A stretch of 62,730 nt of DNA, the filler included, from Choristocarpus tenellus KU-1152 (taxonomy: Eukaryota > Protista > Phaeophyceae), in the NCBI GenBank assembly GCA_964200185.2. It is 11 parts of 11 records of this genome, joined end to end, with 100 filler letters (N's around TTAATTAATTAA, not from the genome) between each part and the next. Parts side by side here need not be neighbours in the genome. Positions count along the whole stretch, not along the records: positions 1 to 2,956 come from CAXNAD020023375.1; positions 3,057 to 5,785 come from CAXNAD020025248.1; positions 5,886 to 8,819 come from CAXNAD020023542.1; positions 8,920 to 11,982 come from CAXNAD020022591.1; positions 12,083 to 21,625 come from CAXNAD020003593.1; 6 more parts are not named here. One strand, 5' to 3'. Every line of letters begins with the position of its first letter. The first letter of the stretch is position 1. The notes beneath the pieces were generated by a model. That model worked only from the letters and a program-made list of their open reading frames with translations, did not search any database and was not told where the DNA came from. The position numbers were made by a program, and so were the translations under genes. Shown one piece after another: positions 1 through 13,600 of the stretch.

Positions 1-2479
1 TGTGGTTTAGGGACAGGCAGGAGGGTACATGTGGTGGTTGTACTTTTCCCTTGTGCTTGGTTCACCGAAATCAGATTTTGTTGGTGAGAAGTCGAAGTTT
101 GACTAGGTTCGAACCCGCGCATTCCCAACACCGAAGTTGCTAGACTCTCTTGTTGACCTACAAGGACAAAAGGTGTCATAGATGAGGGTGATAAGGTTAA
201 GGTTTTGTGGTAGGAACGAGTGTAAGTGTAAGATTCAACACATAATACATCACATGCTGCCTCGATCACAGTAATTTGGCATTTTTATTAGGCATGACAC
301 AATAAAAATCACGAGGGGTGACACCTAGGTATGGAATTCGAAATGAAGTGTGTGTAGAGTATACTATATTCTCTGTATACTGCCATACCTACCACTACTC
401 AAATACGTAAACAAACGTTACTGTATTGCATTACTGAAGTATAGTGCATTATCATCTCCATATACATTCCTACATATACAAACACGAATAATACATGAAC
501 GACTAATACAATCAACTGGATATATGCCATCCATATTAGAATTGCTCGTCTTCAGGATTAACCCTTGTTCTACCTAAGTTGTACAATCTATAGGAGCCAC
601 AAAACTAGAAGTAATTTCAAAAAACGACTAGTGGTAGGGTAGAATGATATGGAAGACTGAAACCAATACACTCAGACCCTCACCAAAGAATAGTCTGTCG
701 ATCTTAACATGATCATAGTCTAAGATGACAAAGTGTACGTACGTCTACTATATCAATTACTCCCCCCACTACAATGAAGGGTAATACACACAAAGAAGTA
801 TTTCTTCTTCTCCTTGAACAGAGTAGTGGGAAAGGGATGTGCGAATATACTTTGAAGTATGTTACTGATATATTCCACCTTATGGGGACTGTGATGGAAG
901 GGCGAGGAAGCCAGTTACTAGGGAAAGAGGGTCGTAGGCAACAGAGGACAAAAATGCCTTAGATAGGTGTGATAGGATGTGCAGTTGAAAGCTCTTTCGA
1001 GATATATTCTTTCATTGGAGATAATACTTTGAAACAGCCATGGACAACTGAGTCCCTATTTCCATCAATCGTGCTCTCATCAACAAAAATGCACCAATAA
1101 TACTGTATCTTTTTTGATGTTGTCCTCTTGGGGCATATATTTGCTTAGATATGATCACAATTCGCAAGAACCAGGACTAGCTCAAATGTTTCAGCAACTG
1201 ACAAAGATGTTGTGAACACCTTTTACTACGACCAGTCGTATACTGTTTTTCTTAAGTCCATGTAATCATCCAACACATCGTACGTGTCTTTGCTTTGCTG
1301 GTAACTGTAATCCAAAAATTCAGATTTCGTTGTACATAGTTTTTCCTCATGCTCGATTAAGATACTTGGAAGGCACCACAGTATGGCAGAAGGAAGTACT
1401 GCATGCAATAGGTGCAATTGTCCTGCTCCTTTTCTGTTGTTGAATTGGTTGGGTATTATCTCAGGTGGTTGGCCCTATAGTATCCCCCCTCCCACAACAA
1501 CAGCTGAAGGAGTACAACAACATCCTAGACAGTAATCGGCCCTTGTAAGTCATAATTGGGGGAATATCGGGTCTAAGATGATAAGTCGTAGATGGTATCT
1601 TTCCTGTTATCAACCTTGTTGTTTTTCCAGGGGCATTCGTGATGAAATTGAAATATGAGGGCTCATCGTAGGTTGAAAATTAGCGTGATACTTAGAGATA
1701 GTCATAATTGGAGGACCTGAAGAAGATTGGTATGTAGGCATACATATGCGCACTTGTACGATCAGTTGTAGTTTATCTCAATCCGGTCCCAAAATTGGAT
1801 GTTCCTTACCTTCTGTGATGAAAATAGATTTGATTAACTGTGAAATTCATAATTGGGGGACCAGATGTGGACGTGATCAGTCGTGGATTGTGCCGTTTTA
1901 TCACAAACGTTTAGTGATGGAATTGACAGAGAAGGGTGATAATTAGTTGAATAATCCTTGAATGTATTAACAGGGGGACTCAGCGGGATAGTAGGTTTGA
2001 TGCCATAGGGATGTATAGGCGCAAGCTCGTAGTTGTGCTAGGTGAGTAGTAGTAGTCCGTGCCGCTCTCATCAGAGTCATTGCTCCTTAAAATTTTGATA
2101 GAAGAATGCTGTCCCACTTGGGTACCCAACGTGTGAAAAAGTGAACAATGTACCGTCACAATCCCAAGAACTCCAGCAGTACTTTTAAGGTGAATAAGGG
2201 GGTACCATCAGCACCATGTGATTCACTGCAATGTAAATTTTGGTGTGATGTCTGAGCGACCTATACCTACTAAGTATATGCTTTCTAGAAGAAGAAAGAA
2301 GTGAATAGTTCTCAAGAGGAAATTATCAAATGAGATACTTAATATTCAACATTTGCTACCTCTTTCATCGGTTCATGTATGTATTATGGCTACACATTGC
2401 TGTTTCGGTGTTCAGGTGGTATCTTTCTGTTGCCTCTCCTGGCAGCCTCCTATGAACTCATTTCCTTCATCCAGATGCT

Positions 2480-2930
2480 GCTAAGGAAGACACGGAGCTG
2501 CACATTATCTTGGTCAGCCTGCGCTCCGAGTTTGCTTGTCTAGTGGGAATGGGCAAAATGCTGCAGGCAAGTTTCGGCAGGTGCTTTGGCATGTTAGCTA
2601 ACTGTGGAAATATTTACCTCCTTCGCTGCATCACTGAGCCGGTTACTGTAACCTCTAAGCGGATAGCTATGCAGGTGGGTCGTGATGCTGCCGTCTTCCT
2701 CCAACAAGTGACCCACCTGAACCATTGATAGCTCGCTTTCTTCAAGGCAGATTCTGCGTCTTCATCTAACCCTTCACCTAACTCCCTGGCATCATCCTCC
2801 ACACCCAGAAGATATACATCCTCCAGAAAGTATAACTCTGAATATATCTCATCCAGATGTTCATCACAATACACTGAAGTCAGGTTGATCTCAAGGTAGC
2901 AGGAGGAGGAGACAGCAGCTTTGAGCTCTC
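2480..2930 (-). mobile_element. Decayed hAT transposase, C-terminal dimerization region
   Basis: Minus-strand translation near 2510-2610 reads IFPQLANMPKHLPKLACSILPIPTRQANSER then DNVQLRVFL, resembling the hATC motif LxxLAxxxLxIPATSAxSER. Stops and frameshifts present. Confidence 0.55.
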
Positions 2931-2956
2931 GAGGTGGGTCAAAGTATCTTGGGGGG

Positions 2957-3056
2957 NNNNNNNNNNNNNNNNNNNNNNNNNNNNNNNNNNNNNNNNNNNN
3001 TTAATTAATTAANNNNNNNNNNNNNNNNNNNNNNNNNNNNNNNNNNNNNNNNNNNN
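2957..3056. other. Artificial contig linker (N44-TTAATTAATTAA-N44). Identical linkers at 5786-5885, 8820-8919, 11983-12082, 21626-21725, 31408-31507, 34471-34570, 45772-45871, 56616-56715, 59823-59922
   Basis: The same 100-nt spacer, with stop codons in all six frames, recurs ten times. Confidence 0.97.
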
Positions 3057-3959
3057 GAGTAGTGATGTTTAGATGGGGGGGGGTGATCTTAAACAGGTTC
3101 TGTGGTGTGTAGATGGGGGGGGGTGATCTTGAGCAGGTGCTGTGGTACGTAGATTTTAGGGGTGGTCTTGAGTAGGGGCTGTGGTACGTAGGGACTCCGG
3201 TGAACCCGTGTCGGTGTGGTAGGGTAGCAGTAGGTGAAGGTGGCTGTATGGCGGCTCTTGGAGAAAGAGGTCTGTGGTTCTGGGCTTGTGGAGGCGGTTT
3301 GTAGAGTGCTACGTGGACGGGGGTCGGATTGTGTTGGAAATGGTTGGGGTTGCAGAAGGGCAGTGATAGATGTGATTGGGGGCATGGGTGTTAATGAGAG
3401 GGGGACGGATGGTGTGGGTTGGGTGGCGGAGTGGGTTGGGTGATGGAAGCCAGGAGGGCACGAATGGGAATGTTGGGGTCAGTAGGTGGCGGAATTGGGA
3501 GACACGGGGAGAAGTCCAAGTAGTACAAGGCGTCTAAGCTCCAGAATGTGTATCTTACCATTGTCAGTCAGTAATTGTGCAAGTGATTAATCACTGCAGT
3601 CCAGCCAGTAATCGCCATAGCACCTGTGGAGTGCAGATGACGACTATAAACAGGTCCAGCAGGGCAGTGAAGGGCAGTGGGGGCTGTGGAGCCAGGATCA
3701 GATGTGATTGAGTTGGGTTCGATTGTGGTGAGTGATGGATGGGCGGTGAGCAAAGGTGTCGATGTTGTCCTCGGTATTCTTGATCTGGGTGCGGAGGTGT
3801 CATGTGGTAGAAACACTAAGCGTAAGGGAGTGTGGCAGGGGCGTGGGATGGTGGTGAGGTGGTGGCTTAGAATGGTTGGTAGGTAGGGACAAAGGGACGG
3901 TTGAGGCATTGGCGCAGGGGGTGACCAGGTTGGTGACAGTGGCGGCAGTAGTGAGCTCG

Positions 3960-4170
3960 AGCAGTGGAAGGAAGGCTTTGGGGTCCCCAACTCAGCTCTT
4001 CGCCTTGTAGAGGCGTGTGATTCACTGGTCGGGATCCTCGCCAGAGTCCATAGTACAAAGCTGGAACCTGTGATGAATAGCACGAATCTGTTGTTCCATT
4101 GCAGCTTCATCCTTGGACTTGAAGGACTGCCATGCTGACAAGCCATCGGTGATGTGAATTTAGTCCTGCT
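3960..4170 (-). mobile_element. Copia-type gag (UBN2-like) remnant
   Basis: Reads DGLSAWQSFKSKDEAAMEQQIRAIHHRFQLCTMDSGEDPDQ*ITRL, matching the AW...MxxGEDPDxyixRL pattern of retrotransposon gag. Confidence 0.45.
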
Positions 4171-4479
4171 GCTGGAGTCCATCAAGGTCTTTCGAACGTC
4201 AACGGTAGGTAGCAAGGAGGATGCCTAAAAGCTGGTCTGTCTTCTTCGTATGCAGTGGGGGGTGGAGTGGTAGTGGTGGAAGGAAGGGAAGTGCGCTTGA
4301 TAAAACTCGATGGGCCCAAGGAGCCACACAGCTCCAGGTGCTCACAACATAGAGTGCGGACACAGTTCAAGGGAAGGCATCACCAGGGGAAATTGTGTTA
4401 GCTGACATTCCATGACGGCACAGTGGGGTTATCTAGTGTGTAGTTGGTGGAAGTACAAGAGAAGGTCGGGCAAATGTGT

Positions 4480-5050
4480 TGTTCTATGTGTCAATCAAGT
4501 GTTCATAACCTGTTGAAACCTAATTTCGCATGAGTTCTGTATTGTTGTGATGTGTCTGGTTTGTGAGGAAGGAGATCACAGCGCAACAAAAGCACTGATG
4601 AATTTGTTCTGGTAGGTCTGATGACATGTAGTATTCAGTCAGACAGTGTCCCACGTTTTGTTGTACTTTGATTAACACGGTTAGAGGCGAGTGTGTGTCA
4701 TAATGCAACAAGACACCTGCAGGTTCGGTTCGATGTGTCTGAAGGGATGTCTTAATCAATCAGACTTTGGTTGAAGTGAGATGGATAATGTTATGTCAGT
4801 GGCATATTTTACTCGAGCAGACGGTGATTGATAGGAACTCTGTGGTTATTCATCGAGATATTCAAATGAAGAAATTTATCATCTGTGAAGAGGGTTGTTA
4901 CCTTGGCAGAGAAGGATTTCGAAGGATGGTTTTAATTCTGTTTATATATTGCATCCCGGCATGTGTCTTATACGTGTTGCAGAGTGATGGATGGCTTTTG
5001 ATGGGGCAATGCCAGTCAAGCACAAATAATTAACACATCCTATGCAACTG
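4480..5050 (-). mobile_element. Possible Penelope-like reverse transcriptase remnant
   Basis: Frameshifted motifs occur in RT order: TGIAP/PSLCNTY, LFTDDKFLHLN, then a downstream GY motif. Highly decayed. Confidence 0.35.
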
Positions 5051-5391
5051 ATAACTTGCGTCATCATGGAGATGAGAAGAAGTAAAAACAAAGAAGAAAC
5101 AAGAAGGCAAGGTTGAATCCATATCGAACACACCTAATATCCCTCATAGTATGTGTGTATGATGGACAACGACTGTTCCTATGCTTTCTATTCACTCTGA
5201 CGTACTTACATTGGTTGGGTAAAGTGTGATGATGAACTAATGAGGGGAATAGGAATAGCGACCAGTACAATGGACGAATCAGCATTCAGTGTGAGGTGAC
5301 GATGGTGTATCGTATCAAAATAAATCGAATGAGTAGCCTATGTTTTAAAAGTTGCCACTCCACTCAACCCCACACCACTCAACACCATTCC

Positions 5392-5617
5392 GAGTGAAAG
5401 AGAGAGTACAAGTTTTGCCCTGTTTGTTCGTTTGGGACTTGGCTTCCCACGGGATTTTATGACATTTGCCGTTTGGGAGTAGATATCATGTTTATGTCCG
5501 GAACAAGGATGTTGACAATTATCCTAACAAACACGATAGTCAAAATTACATCAAAATCTCAATATTGGATTTGACCCCGAAAAGGATGCGGCTCTACCCT
5601 CTAAGATACCTTAACTC
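5392..5617. mobile_element. MITE copy (GAGTCAAAGTATCTTAGAGGGTA terminal inverted repeat family), left TIR partly deleted
   Basis: Right end reads TACCCTCTAAGATACCTTAACTC. Flanked by TCC on both sides (5389-5391, 5618-5620). Interior aligns with the copies at 35028 and 54118. Confidence 0.8.
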
Positions 5618-8600
5618 TCCATAATAATCCAAAAACACCCTTCATCATCCACTTCATACCATGCCTTTGAACTAGAAGGCATCTACCCCGGCCGAACTTG
5701 ACATCCCCTCCCCTTCGGGGTTGGTTTCTACTCTAGTTCATCCCAGTACCTCCTGCCCTGGTTATGACCCAAAGTATCTGGGAGGNNNNNNNNNNNNNNN
5801 NNNNNNNNNNNNNNNNNNNNNNNNNNNNNTTAATTAATTAANNNNNNNNNNNNNNNNNNNNNNNNNNNNNNNNNNNNNNNNNNNNCCCACCCCCACACAA
5901 CCCAACACAAAATTACAGTGACAAGTTAAAAAAAAAATAGGAGAGAAAAACAGTTCCGTTTCAGAATATCAGTTTTTTTTTTAAACAAAGCACAAAACAG
6001 CAACATATCACAAGTGAAAAAATCACAGCACAACGGCTGTCGAAGGAAGCATCTTGAAAGGAATGACAGTGGGCAACAAAGTAAGGAATGACATCATCGG
6101 CAAGGAGAAGAACCAAAAAATGGGGACAAACCCCCTTCAGAAATTGAAGAGACCTCAAGAGCAGGGCCATAGTTATGTATGGGGGGAAGGAAAGAGGGTG
6201 GCAGCTGGGTTCAGGAAGGGAGGGAGATGACCATAGAGGATCGTCCAGTATCTAGTCAACGGAACCATCCTGTCTTCCTCCCATACAAACACCTCCATAT
6301 TTTGAAGGACAAACATGTACACCACCTCTGTTCAATCCCCTTCCTGAGATGTTCATATGGATACATCAAGCGTAACAGTTGTAGGCTGTCTGTAGCAGAC
6401 TGTAAGACTGTAAGACTGTACGTAATTGTCAGAGAGTGAAGTGTGTTTCTGCCGTTGTGATTTGATTTAGTTCCAACGAGGTCTTTCAACTCCCTAAAAT
6501 ATGAAAAAAAAAGCACAATACTTAATCACCGCCATATCAAAGACTGCAACCAGCAAGAACAAACTGGTTCTATCTCAATCTAGTTAGACATTCCCACACA
6601 GCACCAAGGAAGGAAAAAGGCAAGCAAGTGAGTCTGGTGAAGCAATACGGAATAAGAACTCTAAGAGGATGAAGACATTCCATGAAGTGCATCAATATGG
6701 ATACCCAACACTCCTCTCACACAAAAAAAATGAACGACTTCATAAAAACATCTAATATGCACTTTGCACCCATGGCCCCTGTGCTCCAAAACACACATGC
6801 CACCCAGAAAGTCAGAGTGGTCCTTGAGATCCAGTGGCACCCCCTCCTCTCCTCATTAAAAACATGACCCATAACACGTACCACAATTCAGACCCTGTAG
6901 ACATGCACGAAAAGATAATAGTAAAGCTGCACCATCACAGTGCTACCATCAGAAACTGTGTGTCACTGCACCCTCTGCACACCTTTGCATCTCTGATCCC
7001 CTACCCACCATCTCAATTGCATGTCCACACATCTCAACCTGTTCACCACTCATCATCCATAATACTCTCCCACCCACGGTCAGCCCATCCCAAATCACAA
7101 TTTTCACCCTGCTGTGGATATGACCTCAATAAAATTCCTTGTAAAAACACCCGCAAACAATCTGTCCTTCTCCTAAACATTTTAGGTACTCACACATACT
7201 GACTGACACCCCCTATACCCTCAGTTCCAAAAGAGTTCACACACCAAAAAACAACAACCACAGTATCTCCGATCCATTGCCAAGAATCTACGATTCATAA
7301 TCCAAACTGAACACGTCGCCACTTTCTTGACATTTAATGCACTGTGTCTACTTCCCTGACCCAGAATGTTAACCACCAACCACTATCTTCACTTTCCGTG
7401 TTGCCCTTGTGATACTTCCAATTTCCCTAATCTCACTCCACTGCCAAAAGAAACAAATAAAAAAATATAAATTTGAAGCATAATTCCAAGTATTTACTGC
7501 CAATTTAACCCAACGGCCATTATCTTCCAACCACTGCCTGAAAACAAACCCCAAAACTCACTCTCTTAAAGAGTCATTATAGCACAATTTTCTGCACGTC
7601 AAAACCTCCCCCCCCCCCCCCCCCCCACCCCTCTCCACCCCCCCCACCCCCCCCCCCCCCCCTCCCCCCCCCAACAACCACAACCCACNNNNNNNNNNTT
7701 AAAGAGTCATTATAGCACAATTTTCTGCACGTCAAAACCCCCCCCCCCCCCTCCCCTCCATACGTAGGCACTCGAAACAAACTACACTCTTTATCTACCT
7801 CAAAACCACCCCCCTTTTCATCAACAACCCTCTCCAAGTCAAGGTAAGGAAGGGGAGGGATGCATCTACCCATCACAGCACACTAGGAACACAGACCTAC
7901 CAAGACATCTACCCAATGTGAGAAAGCCAGGACGCCCCGTACCACGTGGAGAGAATTTTTAGACCTTGCACAGTAAACACTATTAATATGCTCATTCCAG
8001 AAATAACATCAAACCTCCCTTACGAGGGTATGAACTTTCAAGAAGGTAATCACAGTCAGCACATGGACAGTCAAAAGCGCCCTCCACAGGAGCAGCGCTC
8101 AAAACACATAATACCAAAGTGCAATCAATCATAGGGGGCCCACAAAAATCATCAAAACCTCCCCCTCATTCAGTAACCACCCTTTCACAAATGTAAACAT
8201 AGAAGCACCTTCCAACCAATCACAAGAAAGGACTCAAATATGCTTCGAGTGGATGACTCCCAGAGTCCGCACTCGACCGTCTTAACTACTTCACAAGCAC
8301 ATGATACTGATTTCAAATACAGACCTGCAGGACTCCGTTCAGCCTGCATCAAAAAAAAAATATATATATATAGAGCACTAAAAAAAATCTGTACCGTACA
8401 TCAATCATCGACTCTGCCCAGCAAGCAAGGAGATTTATTCGGAAAGGAGATTGCGAATTCAACTAAAATAAACAAGAGAACTAACGCGCACTGAAAGCAA
8501 GAGACAAAAACAACAAAAAAGAACATACAAACTCAACAACAGATCGATTCAGATCACTCCCGAAGTGAAGCATCAATGTAAACAATAGTAAAGTTCGATG

Positions 8601-8981
8601 GCACACACTGCACCAGATACCACGGCATAGAAACTCTTCAGCAGCCCCCCTCTCTGGTTCAGGGAACAACCAGAGCACAAAACATACACACACTTAATTC
8701 TTACCAGTTGAGCTAACCTTCCCCCCCCCCCCCATGTTCCCACCTCAATAGTGTTGAGAATCGCAACAATTCTATCAACCCCATCTCTGCACACACAAAA
8801 AAAACACAACCCCACCTTGNNNNNNNNNNNNNNNNNNNNNNNNNNNNNNNNNNNNNNNNNNNNTTAATTAATTAANNNNNNNNNNNNNNNNNNNNNNNNN
8901 NNNNNNNNNNNNNNNNNNNCAGCCCTCCCCGCCCCCCCTCTTTGCCCCTGGGTTTCTCTGTCTTTTTTGTTTTTGTGTGGT

Positions 8982-9014
<33 letters not shown>

Positions 9015-10547
9015 CTCAAGCATCAGTTCAGTACCGCTTTGGATGAAATACGTCCATGTTTATCTTGTTTTTATTCCTTAACGTTGGAAGGAAGTTGTAC
9101 CTGTTTGAATTTGTGTTGGATTGTGATAGGGTTTTTTTCTAGTAGGATGAAACAATGCCTCGAACGGGATTTAAGTATATTTTGATTTTTTTTGGGGGGG
9201 GGGAAATGGAACTTTACTTTTGTCCAGCAGAACTGCCTGCCAGCCTGGCCATCTACCAATCGACACAAATTGGTATCACTGTGTTTACTAAGGTGATACT
9301 CGGATGGGGCGGTGGATGGGGTGTGAGGCAAGAGGGTATTGTCCTGTAGATGAGAGACTTTGCTTGATCTGAGCTGCTGTTAGAACAGACTCTTCCAACC
9401 TTACCAAACTCTAATAAAGTGTATGTGGAGTGAGAGTACAATAGTGTTGTTTGTTGGTGAACCCATGCCCATTCTCATGTGAGGGAAGTATTTCTGATTC
9501 CGCAGGGTGCTCTTATGCCCATCTACATGTAAGCTGACCACTCTCTACTCTTCCAAGCAACACCCATGTGTTTATGGTACCTACTCCTCTCCTGCACGAG
9601 GCAGGCTACACTTTAGCAGCTAGTCTAGTCCGTAGTAATCAGGGATTGTAGATGTAGAGGTGAGAAAAGATGTATCTTGTGTGGGTTGCTGCTATGCCAC
9701 CGCCTTCCTTCTCTCGTGGTTTATTATTGTTGTTGTGCGTTTTTGGATGAGGTGTTGGAGTGGTCCCTATCACGGAGAGCTGACTGACACAGCCATCCAT
9801 CTTTGATGAAGGTTGATTGAGGATCAGCACCCCTCCCTCTTCTACATCTACACCTTTGGGGCCTTGTGCCTCAGTCTCACAGTCCATCTGAACAAATAAG
9901 ACAAAGGTCTGCTTGCACATAACACTGATGGTGGTCATTCCTGTGTTCCTGGCAATGCTCCAGTAGAGCCCATCCTTACTTCCCAAGAGGACACTGAATT
10001 CCTTGTTGGCGCTTGAAACATTCTCTTGGATGATGCCTTCTATTTTGTTGGAAAACCACTCACCTCAGGCAATGGTGGGGCACCATTGTCTCACCTGCAA
10101 CGATTTTGTATGTCGTACTGGCCCTTCAACTACCCCATGTTCAGTTGGTGGGGATCTCGAATTTTTCGCATGTGTGAGATCCTGCTTTGTCTCTATACAT
10201 GGTCCTAAAAGGAACCTGGTTAGTAGCTTGTCATCAAAGGGCTCTTTATATGATGTGGGGGGGGGGGGGGGGGTTGTAAACCTGACTCTTAGCTGTAACC
10301 CTTCCTAAATTGAAAATTATTGGTCCATTTTATGAGCCTTATTTACCAAAATTAAAATTATGAAGACTTATTCCCTCACATGCCATAAACCTACCTAGGT
10401 AAGAATATCGTTGCAGTTAGGCCGGTGGCAGTACAGTATGGCTAGGCTGGAAACACTTGACAGAACTTGAGAGCCTTTACGTTCTATTGTCAGAATTTTG
10501 TTGTGATGTCAATACTGTACTGCCTATCTCCGATTTCCGCTGACCAG

Positions 10548-10692
10548 GAAGCCCGAACACATTTGTAGCAGTGAGCAGGTGGTCACTTTGGCTGCACCCG
10601 ATGTGGACAATGCCTGTCTACAGGACTATCTATCGCTCCATCGAGTTTACCAGATGCGTGCGCTCAATTTCAACCTTGACCGCTATTTATGA
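10548..10692 (+). CDS. Putative terminal exon of an unidentified gene (KPEHICSSEQVVTLAAPDVDNACLQDYLSLHRVYQMRALNFNLDRYL*)
   Basis: Pyrimidine-rich acceptor with CTGAC and CAG at 10547, then an open frame to TGA. No family recognised. Confidence 0.35.
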
Positions 10693-13600
10693 GGGACCAA
10701 ACAGTACCCACACGCTCCTAAAGATGCCCCTCGGCAGTACAGTCATGGTGTAGGCACTACCTCTGCAGACAGAGGAAGGCTCTCTACTGGCGCAGTACAC
10801 AGATCACAACGTTTTTTCAGGCAAGGCTTTAGGTGCGTCAGATCTTTATTTTGAGTCGCGTCCAGCTCTCCATTCTGTGCACCGCGGCCCGAGATCACAT
10901 ACATTCTGTGATACTGAATCACCTAAGGCTGAACTGGGTGCTGAAACCTCGACGATTTCAGGTTCGAGTGAGTATGTTCCGATTGCCTTGGACAGCCTCT
11001 TGTGGTATCGCAAAAAGCGATCTGAAAAGCTGCAACACATTGATTGATCGGCCTCGTTTTCGTGTAGAACAAAACAACACCAGCAACGGTTGAGGAAGTT
11101 GCAAGTATCGAGTACTGCATGCGAGGCCTCTCCGTGTTTGCTTTGCGATCGAGGTCTGTTTAGTTCGTTTCTGGCGTTGAAGTGTCCAATAGGGCTTGCT
11201 CTTCCCGAGGAAGATGACAAGAACCACGACCGATCATCCTCCCGATTCACCCTGTAGAAGGTATCCATACAACAGTTTCGAGAGCTTGGTCTGGAAGTTG
11301 CCTGAAAGATGTAGGGACGTGCTTTTTGGCGAAGAGACGAGTCCTTTTTTCTCTGTTGTGGTAAGAAAGGCGAATCTCTTTTGTTCCAGTTCCCCCAATC
11401 CGATATAGTGGTAACGTTGTCTTCTTTGTGCCATTGATATTTGGATTCATTGCACAGGCGTGTCTATTGGAACGCCTGGCAATGTTTTCTGGGTTTGATT
11501 CGTTTGCTGTTCGAATAACCCTAAGACTCTAAGACTGACTTTGTGGGTGAGCAAACAAGCAAACACAAGAACTCTCATCAACCCAGAACATATGCCATGA
11601 ATCTTAGGGTTAGGGAGTTGTGCTGCGCGTGCGGCATGCGATGAAGGATTTTGGAGAATAGAATCAAACACTGTGGATACAAGGCAACAACTGTTTAAGC
11701 TTTTGATACAGAAATTGCAAGCTGCGACGCTAGAGTGTGGCGACTGTCACGTTGAGGCAGTTTTTGCTGAAATCGGACAGAAAGAATGGCATTCAAGAGT
11801 GACTCATAGCCACCATGTCGTCGTCTCCACCAAAATTGCTGGGGGGATCCTACAATGGCTGTGAACTTCTGGATTGGAATTGTTCTGTGCTTGGTGGGTC
11901 AAAGTATCTGGGGGGGGGGGGGGGGGGGTGGGGGGGGGGGGCCCGTTCGGGCAAAACACGTTTTTTTTTGTTTAATTTTAAANNNNNNNNNNNNNNNNNN
12001 NNNNNNNNNNNNNNNNNNNNNNNNNNTTAATTAATTAANNNNNNNNNNNNNNNNNNNNNNNNNNNNNNNNNNNNNNNNNNNNGTCCAAATGGACTCCCTG
12101 GTGTAGACCCCCCCCCCCCTCCCAGATACTTTGGGTCAATTTGAACACAAAATATGTAACATCCGAAAAGCATGTTTGAAAATTGTAGAAGGTATAGATT
12201 AACAGGAATTTTCCTTGTGCTCCTAGCCCAAATTGTTGTATGATGTATAGGTCGACATTGTCTTCAAGAGGACTGGAGCAGACTGTGCTATAATGTGCTA
12301 TAATGTGCATTATGCATAGGAAGCATATTGAGGACATCTGTTATCGGACAAAGTACCCTACAAAACAATAAAAGAAAATACAAATCATGATGATACAGGA
12401 GGAGAGAAATTCCTGCCTCTACCCTCTTGCTACTTTCCTATGCTGCCCTGCACTAATGAGTACGCCAAAGGTACTCCTGCAGAATAATCACCAGGAAATA
12501 CCCTCACATTCCCCTACCTTGCATACATGCTCACATGCCGTCTTCCCTTCTGCTGACTGCATTGTTCTTGACTTGGTATTTTCACTGTCTACACTATCAT
12601 ATGTGGCCAATTTCGGCATACCTGGGTAATGCTTGTTGTATGCACATATGTGCCTACAATGTTTGAGAGCAGGGGCAACATGAAGGTGGCGAGGGAGAGG
12701 TTTGAGAGGGTAGTCCTCAACTTCCCGAACTACGTTCAAGCTCAATCCAGCTTGGTGAGCAGAACAGTGTGCTCATCCTTTCTATTTCTAAAAGAAGGAA
12801 TAGTAGTGTGTACCAGCTGGGGTTTGGGGTTATGAGTAAGCAAATATAGTTTGAGTAGAGTCGTGTTCGACCAAAATGGGGTATTGCAGTAGAGCTCTAG
12901 TAGTGCATGGCAATGGGATGACATGAGAAATAGCCCATATGCCATGAATAGAAGGAAGATGCCTTGCTTTGGACACCTTGCCTCCTCTGAAAAGGAACAT
13001 TCAGGAGTTTGAATCCTGCCACTGTAGAAGAGAGTGTTCCATTTGGGGGTCAATGTGCACCCTTATGACCGTTTTCTAGCAATTACCTTCCTTCACATTG
13101 AGCAACGCCTTGGGTCAGTGGCTTGTGAATGCTTCTCTTACTACCCTTGTCAATTGCTCACAGCAAACTCTATAGATGGTGGAAAGGGGAGCTAGAGACT
13201 GTAGGCATGTTTGGGATGACATACTTGTACTATGTATGGTAGTGGACCACTGGAGTAATGACTTTGCTGCTTGTACTGTATGCAAGGTGTTTCAGCAGAT
13301 TCTAGAAAATCTTGCTGCTTTGTCAACCTCCGTTCCTTTGCTTTTCACGACCCACCCACGATGATGTTGTCAATAAAGCCTGCCCCCTTTGGAACCATCC
13401 TTACATCTTTTCTGTTCCCTCCCCCCCCAATCCTCCCTGGACTGGTAACAGCTTAGAGTGTGGGGTACTATAGTTGAGCGTTGTGAGTATTGGGCCAAGG
13501 ACATGAACCTCTGCGAGAATGGTGTAGGCCTCCCACAACTGGTGGGGTTGGAGGGGGACAACCAAACCGGAGCTGGGACCATCCTCTCCGCACTGCATGT

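Noticed and set aside
95-150. tRNA-like GGTTCGAACC box (also near 28431)
   Set aside because: No cloverleaf can be folded. At most a SINE remnant.
7566-7755. Direct duplication either side of a 10-N gap with poly-C runs
   Set aside because: Typical unmerged overlap at a homopolymer, so an assembly artefact.
10846-11268. Kinesin switch-I-like string (NELN...ASHAVL)
   Set aside because: No SSRSH, P-loop or DLAGSE motif, so a chance resemblance.
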